Shown here in pieces: positions 38,494 through 49,700 of a DNA stretch of 64,000 nucleotides. Location of the stretch: contig NW_024704742.1 of NCBI RefSeq assembly GCF_018977255.1, positions 64,110,001 through 64,174,000 of the forward strand, written 5' to 3'. The stretch comes from Callorhinchus milii (lineage: Eukaryota). The notes under the pieces are model-generated. The model worked only from the letters and a program-made list of their open reading frames with translations, was not told where the DNA came from and ran no database searches. Within the stretch, counting starts at the first letter, position 1; each line of letters begins with the position of its first letter. A program made the translations under genes and the position numbers.

Positions 38494-39831
38494 TTAAAAC
38501 GTCTGTTTCCTGCGGTGGCAGACGATGTTCCTGAAAGCGCGCCTGAAGTCCTGGTTGAAGATGGTGTAGATGACGGGGTTGAGAGAGCTGTTGCAGTAGC
38601 CGATCCAGAAGAAGAACTTGAACAGCGGCTCGGGGGCCTCGCAGGCCTCGCGGCACAGCCCGTACAGGCTGTAGCTGAAGAAGAAGGGGAACCAGCACAG
38701 CACGAAGGCTCCCATGACCACAGCCAACACGAAGGTGAACCTCTTCTCCCGCGCCTGGGACGCCTTACTCCTTGAGGCGCGGCTGCTCCTCCGCTTCCTC
38801 CGCGTGGAAAACCTGAAGGATTTGTTGCTGAAGTGGGACCGCCGACTGGACCTCTTGGGACGCGAGTCTCTTTTGCAAACCTCCTCCTCCTCCTCCTCCT
38901 CCTCCCCCTTCTGGGAAGCGGAGGCCCTTCCGCTTTCCCCACTGCCCCCTCCGCCTCCCGCTGCCCGGTCCTTCTCCCGTCCCTTGCCCTCCGAGGTGGA
39001 GCTCTCCTCCGGCTCCGCGTCCTCCGGCTCGGTCCCGGCCACTTCCCGGCCACCGGGGCAATGGCCGTTCTCCTTCTCCTCGTCGGCTCCGATGGCCGCT
39101 CCTCTGCCCGCCCCATCCTCGTGCTGGGGGGAGCCCTCGGCTCCTCCCCGCCTCACCGACGAGCTCCTGGTCCTGCGCTTGGCCACCTGGTAGATCCTCA
39201 CGTACACCAAGATCATGATGAGACACGGGGCGAAAAAGGAGCCCACGCAGGAGAGCAGGATGTACCAGGTCTCGTCGTTGAGTTTGCAGACGGAGTGCGT
39301 CTCACCCTCAGGCTCCCTCTCCATGGAGATCAGAGGGGGGAAGGAGATCATGGCTGAGATGAGCCACACCACCACTAGGACGCACTTAATCCTCTTGGGT
39401 GTCCGTTTGAGATTGTACTCCACCGCTTTGGTCACGGACCAGTACCTGTCGAGGCTTATGGCGCAGAGGTGCACGATAGACGAAGTGCAGAAGAGGACGT
39501 CCAAAGCCAAATAGATGTCACACCACACGGTCCCAAAATACCAGTAGCCCATGAGCTCGTTGGCCAGAGAGAAGGGCATGACCAGGGTCGCCACGAGGAT
39601 GTCAGCAATGGCCAAGGAGACCAGGAAGAGGTTCTGAGGTGGACTCAGGGCTCTGCTGGTCAGCACGGCGATGATCACCAGGATATTCCCAACGATGGTG
39701 AAGAGGATGAGGGCGGCCACCAGCACTCCCAGACCCAAGACGGCCCCCAGTGAGAACTGGCCAACGCCAGGGTGGGCATCCGGGGAGAGGTGAGACACGT
39801 TGATCCCTGTGCCGTTGAGGGGCAGCGCCAT
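38494..39831 (-). CDS. adra2c: Alpha-2 adrenergic receptor, alpha-2C subtype (class A GPCR, uninterrupted CDS, 445 aa)
   Basis: 7TM ORF with GN (TM1), LAxAD (TM2), [10 protein letters not shown] (D3.32), DRY, TM5 SCxxS, CWFP and NPVIY. Subtype-diagnostic segments match human ADRA2C rather than 2A/2B/2[16 protein letters not shown][L][23 protein letters not shown]-glycosylation sequons NGT and NVS. Strong Kozak context (AGGATGG); TAA stop at 38494-38496. Confidence 0.93.
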   Translation of the reverse strand: MALPLNGTGINVSHLSPDAHPGVGQFSLGAVLGLGVLVAALILFTIVGNILVIIAVLTSRALSPPQNLFLVSLAIADILVATLVMPFSLANELMGYWYFGTVWCDIYLALDVLFCTSSIVHLCAISLDRYWSVTKAVEYNLKRTPKRIKCVLVVVWLISAMISFPPLISMEREPEGETHSVCKLNDETWYILLSCVGSFFAPCLIMILVYVRIYQVAKRRTRSSSVRRGGAEGSPQHEDGAGRGAAIGADEEKENGHCPGGREVAGTEPEDAEPEESSTSEGKGREKDRAAGGGGGSGESGRASASQKGEEEEEEEEVCKRDSRPKRSSRRSHFSNKSFRFSTRRKRRSSRASRSKASQAREKRFTFVLAVVMGAFVLCWFPFFFSYSLYGLCREACEAPEPLFKFFFWIGYCNSSLNPVIYTIFNQDFRRAFRNIVCHRRKQTF

Positions 39832-39908
39832 CCTGCACGACGCTAAGCTGACGCGTAACGATGGATATTGCTTGGTCCTGTCCGAGATAGGAAAGGGGGT
39901 GAGTGTTT

Positions 39909-40018
39909 GGGGGGTGGGGGGGGGGGGGGGGTGGGGGGAAGGGGTACTGGTCCAAGAAATTGTTACTCAAGTCGTCCACCTTCCTGCCTGGGGTGGGAAT
40001 GGGGTGGGGGGTTGGGAA

Positions 40019-40044
<26 letters not shown>
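39909..40044. repeat. Poly-G tract (39909-39938) and (GT)n microsatellite (40019-40044)
   Basis: Read directly. Confidence 0.9.
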
Positions 40045-40049
<5 letters not shown>

Positions 40050-40065
40050 GGGGAAGGAAAACCAT
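39967..40065 (-). other. Candidate upstream ORF (32 aa, MVFLPPHTHTH...WTT*) in the adra2c leader
   Basis: Nearest upstream ATG (40065), in the same frame as the CDS, stopped by TGA at 39969-39967. Relevant only if this region is in the mature mRNA. Confidence 0.35.
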
Positions 40066-40667
40066 CAAGAAATTGTTCCTCAGTTTTGCCTTCACCTCCT
40101 GCTCAGGGGCTCCTCACTCTTCAACTTGCTCTTCCTCCCCCGAACGATGTGCTCCATCCTTTGAAGGTGACATTACAGCCAGTCTTTCCGTGTCTTCACG
40201 GTGAGCCTCGGTCCCCCCCTCCTCTCCTCCCCTCCTCCCCTCCACCCCCTCCTCCCTCCACGCCCCCACTCCCCCACCTCCCGCCGGAGCCGCTCGTGTT
40301 GCTCCTCTCCTCCGACAACCAGCGGACAACGAGCCTCATCTGAACGAGCGACCAACAGCGTGAGGCTGGACCTGGTCTAAGCCATGGCCGGGGCCGGGCG
40401 GGCGGGGGCTGTCACTGAGGCTCCGGGAGCGGATCGCTCCACATCGTGGCGCCCGGAGCATCACTGGGGGCGCATTGCTGTGGCCGCTCACCACCGCACA
40501 CCGCGGAGCGGCCAAAGGCGGACTTCCCTCCAACCTCCAAACTCTCTGGGATCGGCTGCCTCCAACCTCTGATCCCCAGTCCCTGGGCTCCGACTCTCCG
40601 CGCTCCAGGACTACAATATGATCTCCAAAGCTATGAATTCTAGCTTCTTGTTTTCCAGCGCTGTGAT

Positions 40668-41292
40668 CTCCCAACTCCCAACTCCCTGCCTCCCAGCTCC
40701 CTGCCTCCCAACTCCCAACTCCCTGCCTCCCAACTCCCTGCCTCCCAACTCCCAGCCTCCCAACTCCCAGCCTCCCAACTCCCTGCCTCCCAGCTCCCTG
40801 CCTCCCAACTCCCTGCCTCCCAACTCCCAGCCTCCCAACTCCCTGCCTCCCAGCTCCCTGCCTCCCAACTCCCTGCCTCCCTACTCACTCACTCCCAGTC
40901 TCCCTGCTCCCAGTCTCCCAACTCACTCACTCCCAGTCTCCCTGCTCCCAGTCTCCCAGTCTCCCTGCTCCCAGTCTCCCTGTCTCCCTGCTCCCAGTCT
41001 CCCTGCTCCCAGTCTCCCAGTCTCCCTGCTCCCAGTCTCCCTGCCTCCCAGTCTCCCTGCTCCCAGTCTCCCAGCTCCCAGTCTCCCTGCTCCCAGTCTC
41101 CCTGCCCCCAGTCTCCCTGCTCCCAGTCTCCCTGCTCCCAGTCTCCCTGCTCCCAGTCTCCCTGCTCCCTGCCCCCAGTCTCCCTGCTCCCAGTCTCCCA
41201 GTCTCCCTGCTCCCAGTCTCCCTGCTCCCAGTCTCCCTGCTCCCTGCTCCCAGTCTCCCTGCTCCCAGTCTCCCTGCTCCCAGTCTCCCTGC
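40668..41292. repeat. Bipartite 15-bp minisatellite: (CTCCCAACTCCCTGC)n at about 40668-40881, then (CTCCCAGTCTCCCTG)n at about 40893-41292
   Basis: Read directly; explains the PPNS/PAPSL and WEAGS/GAGRL periodic ORFs in the track. Confidence 0.95.
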
Positions 41293-41385
41293 CCAGCAGT
41301 TGCAGTGTCTGAGCTGCCAGTGTTGAGGACCCTCGGGTGCCAGTCGCTGGATGTCATCACAAGGCTGAGCGAGCGGGGCCAGCGG

Positions 41386-41504
41386 CCACGCCCCCCTGCG
41401 GCGCCATTGGTGCGGGGCGCCAAACGCCTGGCCAATCAGGGGGAGCCCACCCCTGTGATTGGCCGCCGGGGGGAGGTGGGCGGGGCCTGGCCGGGGGGCG
41501 GGGC
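41386..41504 (-). promoter_or_regulatory. Probable TATA-less adra2c promoter: three CCAAT boxes plus Sp/KLF GC boxes
   Basis: ATTGG 41406-41410, CCAAT 41432-41436, ATTGG 41458-41462; GGGCGGGGC at 41478 and 41496; CCACGCCCCC 41386-41395. Sits at the upstream edge of the CpG-rich island. Assignment to adra2c is inferred from position. Confidence 0.7.
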
Positions 41505-44500
41505 CTGGCGGGGGAGCGGCCGAGCAGCGCGTCCCGGGAGCCACATGTGCAGCGGCACCTGAGGCGGTGATGGTCAGAGAGCAGTGCGTCTCCTCTCTCT
41601 CCCTTTGCCCTCACGCTGCAGTGCTTCTTTTTGTCAGTGTTTTGGTTTTGACAGAGGAAAGTTAACAGAAACCGAGGGAATTCATTCTGCAGCCTCGCGG
41701 TGCCCAGTTTACCATTATATTAAAAAAAAATTGTTATTCATCTTTTGGGTTTTATTTACCCTTTTTGCTTTTTTTTTAACAGAGATTATTTTTATTTCTT
41801 TTTCGAATGTATCTTTGATTTTTTTTCGATTGACCTGTGGTTTGTGTGACAGGTCTGTGGTGTGAACATCTTTTGGTCCTGATGGGTATGTGCTGAGTCC
41901 ACTGGAGGGCAGCTGCTGGTTGGAAGTTGCTGAGAGCTTAATTGTGGTACCCAGAGGATGCAGCAGAGCAAGTTGGAAAGCAATGCTTTTTTTTTGCTCA
42001 CTTTCCTCGCCCTGCCTTTGTAAAACAACCTTAAGATACACTAGACGCGTTAGCTCTGTGTCCTTAGCTTCTGAATCAGCCTCTCGTGTTTCTCAATTAG
42101 GTTTCGGATGGATGGAGAGTAAGGAAAGCCAAAGCGCTCGGGTACAGCGGAAGCTCTCTGTCTCAACAGATCGCTCTTTTCAAGCAAAACCATCGCTAGT
42201 GGGAATTAATAGCAATTTAACTATTCAGACAGAAAAAACACTGGGAGTTTTTCGTTATCAATAGATACATAGTAAACAGTTCAATTAAAATGATATACTT
42301 TTGTAGGCATAATAACTTTGCAAACTGTAACTAGATATCCTGCCAGGTGGTTTATAACTACAGCACTGTATTTTTTTTCTTTTTGTCTGCTGGGTGTCTG
42401 ACTCATGTGGAAACCCCTCACCCTACTTAAGAGGATGCAACCCCTTATCCAAAAGTATACCAGCTACGCATGATTTCCCTTTGTGTGGAATGGAATCCAT
42501 ACTCTCTCCCTGTAGGGACCCACCTGCTTACTGAATTATGAATTTTATTCGGTACAGGATGATAAGAGCCAAAGTTTGGGGACACCAGCGTATGAGCAGA
42601 GGGTACTTCTGGTATTCAACCAGCTAAAACCATGCAGTTCGTATAGCTATTGTTGCATAAAATTGCAGAATAGTTGCTAGGAATGTGAAATCAAAGTTTC
42701 TTCGCATGCATTTGTCATGTTTTATTCAGGCAAGTTTAACTTAGTGAATGGGTGTTTATTATTATGCATCTTTAACAAGATTTTATGTTAGATTTCAATA
42801 TTTGCTCAGAAATCATTGGTCTGTCTCATTTAAGGAGAGATTGATTGCTCAAAATAGTGACCTTCAACAACAATACATTGCATTTATAGAGCGCCTTTCA
42901 TGTCAGAAGGACGTCCATTCAGACAACATTGAATAAAGAAATTGATAATGAAATTGGAGTCAATTTTCTTTAGACATAAGAAAGTCCTTTGTTCAAAGCC
43001 TGTCTCAAAACATACCTCTTTGATAGCGCTTTCACCCTATCCCAACATGAAATAAGTGTAAATTGTATTGTACTGGGTCAGAATGCCTTGGAAACAGGAG
43101 AGAGCATGATAATGAATGAGGATTATCTGAATTGATGTAAAGTGACCCAGGGACTTTCCAGCATTCAGTCCTTGGATCCTTTTAGGCAAAAGCACCAGCC
43201 AATTTACAGAGAGCAATGCCCCACAAACAGCCATGGAGTGAATGACCAAGTTTATCTGGGGGGATTGATGGCCAGGACACCTGGGACTTAATAACAACAA
43301 TATAATAATAAAATTTGAATTTCATATAGCACCTATCACTTCAGGAGGATATATGAAAGCTCTTCACAGGACTTACAATCAAGCGTGGTGACTGTATCTC
43401 GCAGGCAAACTTCTACTTTTTTAAAAAAATAAGGGAACCAAATGCAGTACTTTTACAAATTTGCTGATGAAGCAAAATGTGTGCATAGCAGGAGCTACAG
43501 GGCTGAGCAACTTAAATAATAATTTGCAAATGCCATTTATCATGAAGAAATGCAAGAGAATACGCTCAGATCAGCATAATAGTAACTGATGAAAAGATGA
43601 ATGGTTGAAACTTGAGTGAAGATAAAGCACAGAGTGGGAGATCGATATGGTTCTTAAAAACAGCTTTACCACGCGAGTGAGCTGCGAGGTAATTTTGAGT
43701 TGTATTTGTGAGAAAAATGAACACAAGTGCTGTGATGCAGCACATAATTAAGGATAACATACAGAATATTGGGCAACGTATAGTAAGGTTGGGGAGCACG
43801 GGTGGGGGCGGACACGATTCATTACGAATAGAGTTCTTAAAGCCAGGCTAGAAGTAATTGAGGCAGCTTGCTTGAAAATGAATTTATTTTTTGTTTATAA
43901 TGAGGGAAATAGATGAAGTGGAAATTTGTAATTTCTTCACACTGCTTCAGGATTGTGCGTCAGAAGGATATGCTTTGCAATGCTGGTTACAGAATGGCTT
44001 TGTGAAGTTCTTTCCACATAAACTTAAGATTAAGATCCAGCAGGGTGCTACGGAATAATGATAATTATTACCTACGTAATGGGACATCCTCCTGACGTGA
44101 AAGGCGCTTTATAAATGGAATCTTGTTGTTGTTGTTGTTGTTGCATTTGATATAGCCTTTATATCAGCTGTCTCTCCCTCAATCTTCCATCTTGCCCCCT
44201 CCTTCCCCTCTTTTAGATCATGACTGAAGACTTTCCTCTTCGACCGTGCTTTTGGTCACCTCCTCCTTCCACCCGGCTCAGTGTCAGGCTCCGCCACTGT
44301 TAAGCACTCCAAGATGCTGCCCCGCGTGAGGGCACTAAATAAACGCAAGTTGTTGTTGTTTATCCCATTGTCAAAACGTCTTCAAGCACTTCGCAGGATT
44401 TACTGTAAAGTTTAATGACCGGGTATCTTTCGGCAAAAGCAGCACTCAGTTTGCACACAGCAATACAATACAATACTACATCAAATGTAGGGATTATTAT

Positions 44501-45806
44501 ATCATATTAAGCATTCGGAAACAGGCTATTCGGTCCAACTAGTTTGAACTGATGTGTATACACCATGTAAGCCTCCATCCAGCCCTTTCCCCTTTCGCAT
44601 ACTCTTCTATTCCATTCTCCCTCATGTATGAAAAAGGAAAAGGATAGGACCTTTGCCCATGCCCTGGAATAGACTGGTACCTTAATCCAGTGCCTTAGAT
44701 CCCTATCACCTATTCATTATAATATTAAACCAGTTTTGGATGTCAATTATTTGTGGATTTCTCTCTCAGCACATTGTAAAATGGTAATCTCCATTCTTAT
44801 TTCCTCCCTTTTTGATTGTATTTTCAAAAACATATGTAGGAGCACACTGTGAAATACAGGCTGTTAATTTCATTCATGTATTCATATGGTATTATTTTTG
44901 TTCAATTGCAGCAAATTGCTACTTTGGGAGCAGAGAAAATAAAAGCAACAATCATAGAATATGGCACTTAATTATATGTCGATGAATGTAGTAGCACTGA
45001 GATTGGTACTGAGATCTTTACATTGTGAATAAATTAACAAGGGTGCTAATAGCTAGTCTTTAAGCCTTGAAGAGACCAAAATAATGTAAAAATGGGCAGC
45101 GTACACATACAGTACTTTAATCTGGATTTTAATCAATGATTTATTGAAATTTGCGATAAATTGAATTGCAAAGGAACAGTAATCTCTAAGGTCTATTAAC
45201 AAAGCACAAGTACACAGAAAGCACAAAGTATAAAGAACAAAGTAAGTACACCCAGCTTGACTGAACACCTGACTGGAACAGAGGAATTGGATAAGCACTG
45301 TGAACAGAAAGAAAACAAGGTCAACTGTAAATTGACACACTATAAAGGATAGATCATTCCGATCAGATCCAAATAATCAGAGAATATCCAAAGAAAATGA
45401 TGAAAGCACCGAGCTGGGTCTGCTTACACTTTAAGACTCGAGATTCATCTTTAAATCATTGGCAGCTTTCTAAAGTAAAGAACACCAGGTTTTACATGAT
45501 GTAAAACATTTCCTAGACAAAAGAAACCTTAGGCAAGTTTCCTTACTCCACACACCTCTGGTTACCTAGCAGTAAGTTGGAACCTGATTGTTAGTCCCTT
45601 GGTCGATCACTTTCCGGAGATAATAATCCCTCAAAAAAATGTGGTCACTCAATTCACGACTGTTTGTGGAATACTGCCATATACAATTGGCTGCCGGGTT
45701 TTGCCCACAAAATACATAGTCAATCCACTTTACAATATTCTGTGAAGCGCTTTGAGATGTTGCAATACTGTGATAAGGTGCTATATAAATACAAGGATTT
45801 TTATTT

Positions 45807-46270
45807 ACAACAACAACTACTTGCACTTGTATTGCGCCCTCCACCGAGGGTAGCACTTAACAGTGGCGGAGCCTGACTCTGAGGAGGGAAGAGATGGCCG
45901 TAAGCACAGTCAAAGAGGAAAGTTTTCAAACAGGACTTGAAAGAGAGGGGAGAGGGAGAAAGGCAGAGGGATTGAGTGAGAGTGTTCCAGAGTTTTGGGG
46001 TATAGTAGCTGAAAGTACAAACCCCGGTGGTGGGATGGAGGGTGCGAGGGACGAGCAGGAGGCCGGTGCCAGTCGAGCGGAGGTGCCGGGTGGTGAATTG
46101 GGGAGAGAGGAGGTCGGTGAGGTAGAGAGATTCCAGAGAGTGAAGGGATCTGAACATGAGTGTGTGGATCTTGAAGTCGATCCGTATGGTATTGGGAAGT
46201 CAGTGGAGCCTGGCCAGGACTGGTGAGATGTGGGTACAGAGTTTGGTCCTGGTCAGTATGCGGGCGGCAT
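45807..46270 (-). mobile_element. L2 3' fragment, second tail type
   Basis: LWNTL...FKSCLKTFLFDCAY; tail CTGTTAAGTGCTACCCTCGGTGGAGGGCGC...GCAAGT(TG). Confidence 0.8.
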
Positions 46271-46271
46271 T

Positions 46272-46790
46272 TACAACAACAACAACAAAATTACATTTAT
46301 AGAGAGCCTTTCACGTTGGGAGGACATCCCAAAGCTCTGAGCAGTCAGGTGTCGGGGCCCAAGCATGGGGGAGGGCTGTGTAGGGGTGAGGAAAGGCAGA
46401 GAGGTGGGAGGGAGACCAAAGGCACGGTCGAAGAGAAGGGTCTTGAGACCGGCCTTGAAGGAGGCAAGGGAGGAAGCGAGGTGAAGGGACCGTGGGATGG
46501 AGTTCCCGTGTGTGGGGGCAGAGAGGCTAAAAGCCCGGCCACCGATGGTAGGGTGGGTCGGGCAGGAGACATGGAGCAGACCGGAGCCCGCTGAAAGGAG
46601 GAAGCGGGCAGGTTGGTAGGGAGTCAGCAGGTCAGAGAGGTAGGAGGGGGCAAGTGAAAGTGAAGACGAGGATCTTGAACTCAATCCTCTGGCGGATGGG
46701 AAGCCAGTGGAGTCGGGCGAGGGTGGGAGTGATTGAGTCACGTAGCCTGGTGCGTGAGAGTACACGAGCTGCAGAGTTTTGGATGATCTA
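46272..46790 (-). mobile_element. L2 3' fragment, close to the 9650-10185 copy
   Basis: TIGGRAFSLSAPT...FKAGLKTLLFDRAFGLPPTS, near-identical in peptide to ORF 9861..10145. Confidence 0.9.
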
Positions 46791-49700
46791 CTGCCAATTG
46801 AAAGAAGTGCTGTTACAATATGAGCAGAATCATCACAGTGGATGCAGCAAAGTGTATGAGGGATCCACAGAAGCATTGAATTAGAATGTAAAGCTACAAA
46901 CATGTTGGTGATTTTTTAAATTCTCTCGTGCAAAAGGAAAAAAATTAAGATGGCGGACAGTTAATCGTGGAAAAGTACATTTACCACTGAAGTAAAATGA
47001 CTTAACCATTTAACCTGATCCTGTTATAAATAGGAGCAAAATAGTTGAGAATAAAAGTTGAAGTTGAGGTGAATAAAGTGTGATGCAAAAAAGCACAGAT
47101 ACTTCCCCATTGCTGTTCAAGAGATATTGATCTGAAGATAGGCGATACAGTAGAATACACTTTACATCTATACAGCGTTGGGAGGGCAATCCCTTGTGAT
47201 GATTTTCACCATTTTAATGGCCTCTGTTAATACTCCTCAGTTTCTTTATGAGAGAAACCTCATGTATTTCAAGAACTAACAACAGGACTTAATCCCATTC
47301 GCTTTATTTACAGTGCTGGGCTCCAGTTACGGATTGATCAATCCATCACAACTGGCTCAAACCAGCAGTCCTAAACAATACAATTTAGTAAAGGAAATCA
47401 ACTCTTGAATCTGAGAGATATAACTCCCAGTTCAGGTACGTACCATGTTCGGGCCAAGAGCTACCCTGATGCTCTGAACTCCACCCCCATATTTATTCTA
47501 TGTTTTGCTCCTCCCCATCACTAATAACTTCTCCCCATCACTAGTGAGTAAATCACTACCGTTCATCAACAATATGACCCAAACATGACCCCTTGCAGTC
47601 CATTCCACCCTGCACACAATTGCAAGTTATAAAACCTTCTGATATCTTCTTTTAACCAGACGTTTTGGCACCGATTTTTCATAAAATGGTACTGCTCAAA
47701 GCTTTTTGCCCTCATAAATCTTTATTCTGTGTCTATTTTATTTGAAGCAAAGTTCCAATTAAATGATTAAAAAAAAATAAGAGTGCAGTAATGAAATATG
47801 GATTCGCGCATACATGTAAATTACAAAGCTTTACAATGTCAGAAATCTCAAACTTAAAATGAGTCTGTTTGAATCCCTCCAACAATTAGGTCGAGCCGCG
47901 CAGTTGAAAATTAAAGTGGTTATGGGGATACTTTTCCCATTCAAGCTTAGTTAAGAAAAAGGAAAAGAATCGGAGCTAAAGAGAAACCCTGTCCATCTTG
48001 GCAAAACAAAATAAAATTAGGAAGCGTTGGAAATCCATAGCAGGTCGGGTATCTCTTAAAGAGAAAGATAGGTTCATGTCTCGGCTGTTACTCTTCATGA
48101 ATTCTTCTAAAGGGTCAGATCTGAAAGAATAAGGAGGAAATTAAATTGATTTGGAGTATTTACCAAGGTTTGAGGTATCTGAATAAGCAGTAAGTGCACA
48201 TGTTGGTACAGTTCGAAATTTTAACTGCCTTTCGCCCACCAAATATACAGCCACTACATTTCACAGCAAAAATCCTGGGAAGCGCTTTGAGACATTTCAA
48301 CAAGGTGCTGTGTCATAAATGCGAATATTATTATTATGCGAGGATTATTACCGGAAGTGCATTTGATAATAATTTTTCCACTTGATGGCTCCAATGAAAG
48401 AAAAATGGTCTGAGGCACAGCTTCACAGGAATTGCTACCAATTGAGAAATTGGCCTCAGTTGTTAACTAAGTTTAATTGAAATGTCGAAGAACTATTGGA
48501 GAAACAAGAAAATAGGAAACCATTTTATTTCTGGGAACTTTTGTCCAGGACAATTCACCTGAAATAAAATGAAATTCTCTTCTCTCTTTGGGTAGTATCA
48601 TGGTAACGTCCACTTGAACAGGCAGATGGGGCATTGGTTTAACGCCTTACCTGGAGGATAACAACAACAACAAATTACATTTGTATAATGTCTTGGGACG
48701 TTAGGAGGACGATGGTGCTCTGGCAAAGCCATGCCTCCCCCAACATGGCACTTACCAATTAATTTGCAAATCATGTAACTTAGACCCCTGTGTCAGATGG
48801 TGGCTCTTTGCAGCCAAATCTGTTCTCACTTAGAGGCAACAAACCTTTTACCAGAAGTGGGTGATGCTAGATATGGTTATTGAACTGCAACCCTGTCTGA
48901 ATTCTCCTCCTCCTGTCTAACCCTTATTCTTCTAATGGTGCCCTGGCTGGCCTAAAACATCATGGCCCATGAATCAAAGCTGGGACCTTCCTGTATGTTT
49001 GGGTCATTCATTCAGCAAACTTGCTGAGCTAACGCAGTATCTATTATTTTCTTATTTATGGCTGAGAGTTGCCATAACATCATTCACTTCAATGCCTAGT
49101 TTATTACTAATGGCGTCAGAGAAAGAAATAATGGGATCCATACTGATTTCTCAACCAACATATATTATCTACTCTGGGAAATGAATGAGGAGCAGTTACC
49201 AACATTCATCTATCTCGCTGATTATTTCAATTCATATCTGCCGACGATACATTTTTCTTCATCAATCAAGATACAATGAGTGTATTTACTTTTTTTATAT
49301 ATCTCCATCAACACGATCGATAAATATCTAAATGTGTTTTTACTGGAATGTGAAAGATTTTCAGCATTGTTGCATTTTTCACAGACAGATTTTATTTCCC
49401 TCATAGCTGCTCACATGCAATTTATATATATATATATATAGCAAATCCATTTGTTCTGCAAGTCTTTTAAGATTCCCAATTCCCCTTTTATTCATCTGCA
49501 GGACTTTCTAGGCTACTTCTTGTTACTAGTCTCTGCTTGTTGTATACCAGCCTGCCTGTGGTTTTACTACATTAAGACAACAAATATTTTGCAATACAAA
49601 GTACAGTTTTAATACAATAATAATATTAATTCTTGCATTTGATATAATATTTTATCACGTCTTTGAAATATCTCAAAGTACTTCACAGGATTTACTGTAG

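Larger units (their letters stand above)
38500..41570. other. GC/CpG-rich island covering adra2c CDS and upstream region
   Basis: Visibly GC-rich with frequent CG dinucleotides in the CDS, 40200-40610 and 41330-41560, against an AT-rich, CpG-poor background. The internal minisatellite is CpG-free. Confidence 0.75.

Noticed and set aside
38881..38904. Calling the receptor ADRA2B because of the poly-Glu run
   Set aside because: ECL2, ECL3/TM7 and the glycosylated N-terminus match the 2C pattern.
37770..39116. 448-aa and 300-aa overlapping ORFs on the minus strand
   Set aside because: Alternative frames of GC-rich adra2c running into a stop-poor minisatellite; low-complexity products.
39602..39979. 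125-aa overlapping upstream ORF
   Set aside because: Starts at GTG; poly-Pro comes from the homopolymer tract; out of frame with the receptor.
40311..40330. RE1/NRSE-like site (ACAACCAGCGGACAAC)
   Set aside because: Left half-site and spacing deviate too far from TCAGCACCnnGGACAG.
40618..41562. 314-aa Pro-rich ORF and antisense Gly-rich ORFs
   Set aside because: Direct consequence of 15-bp repeat units lacking stops; no domain signal.
47998..48130. Possible Penelope-like or other shark repeat remnant
   Set aside because: Too short and diverged to support by eye.
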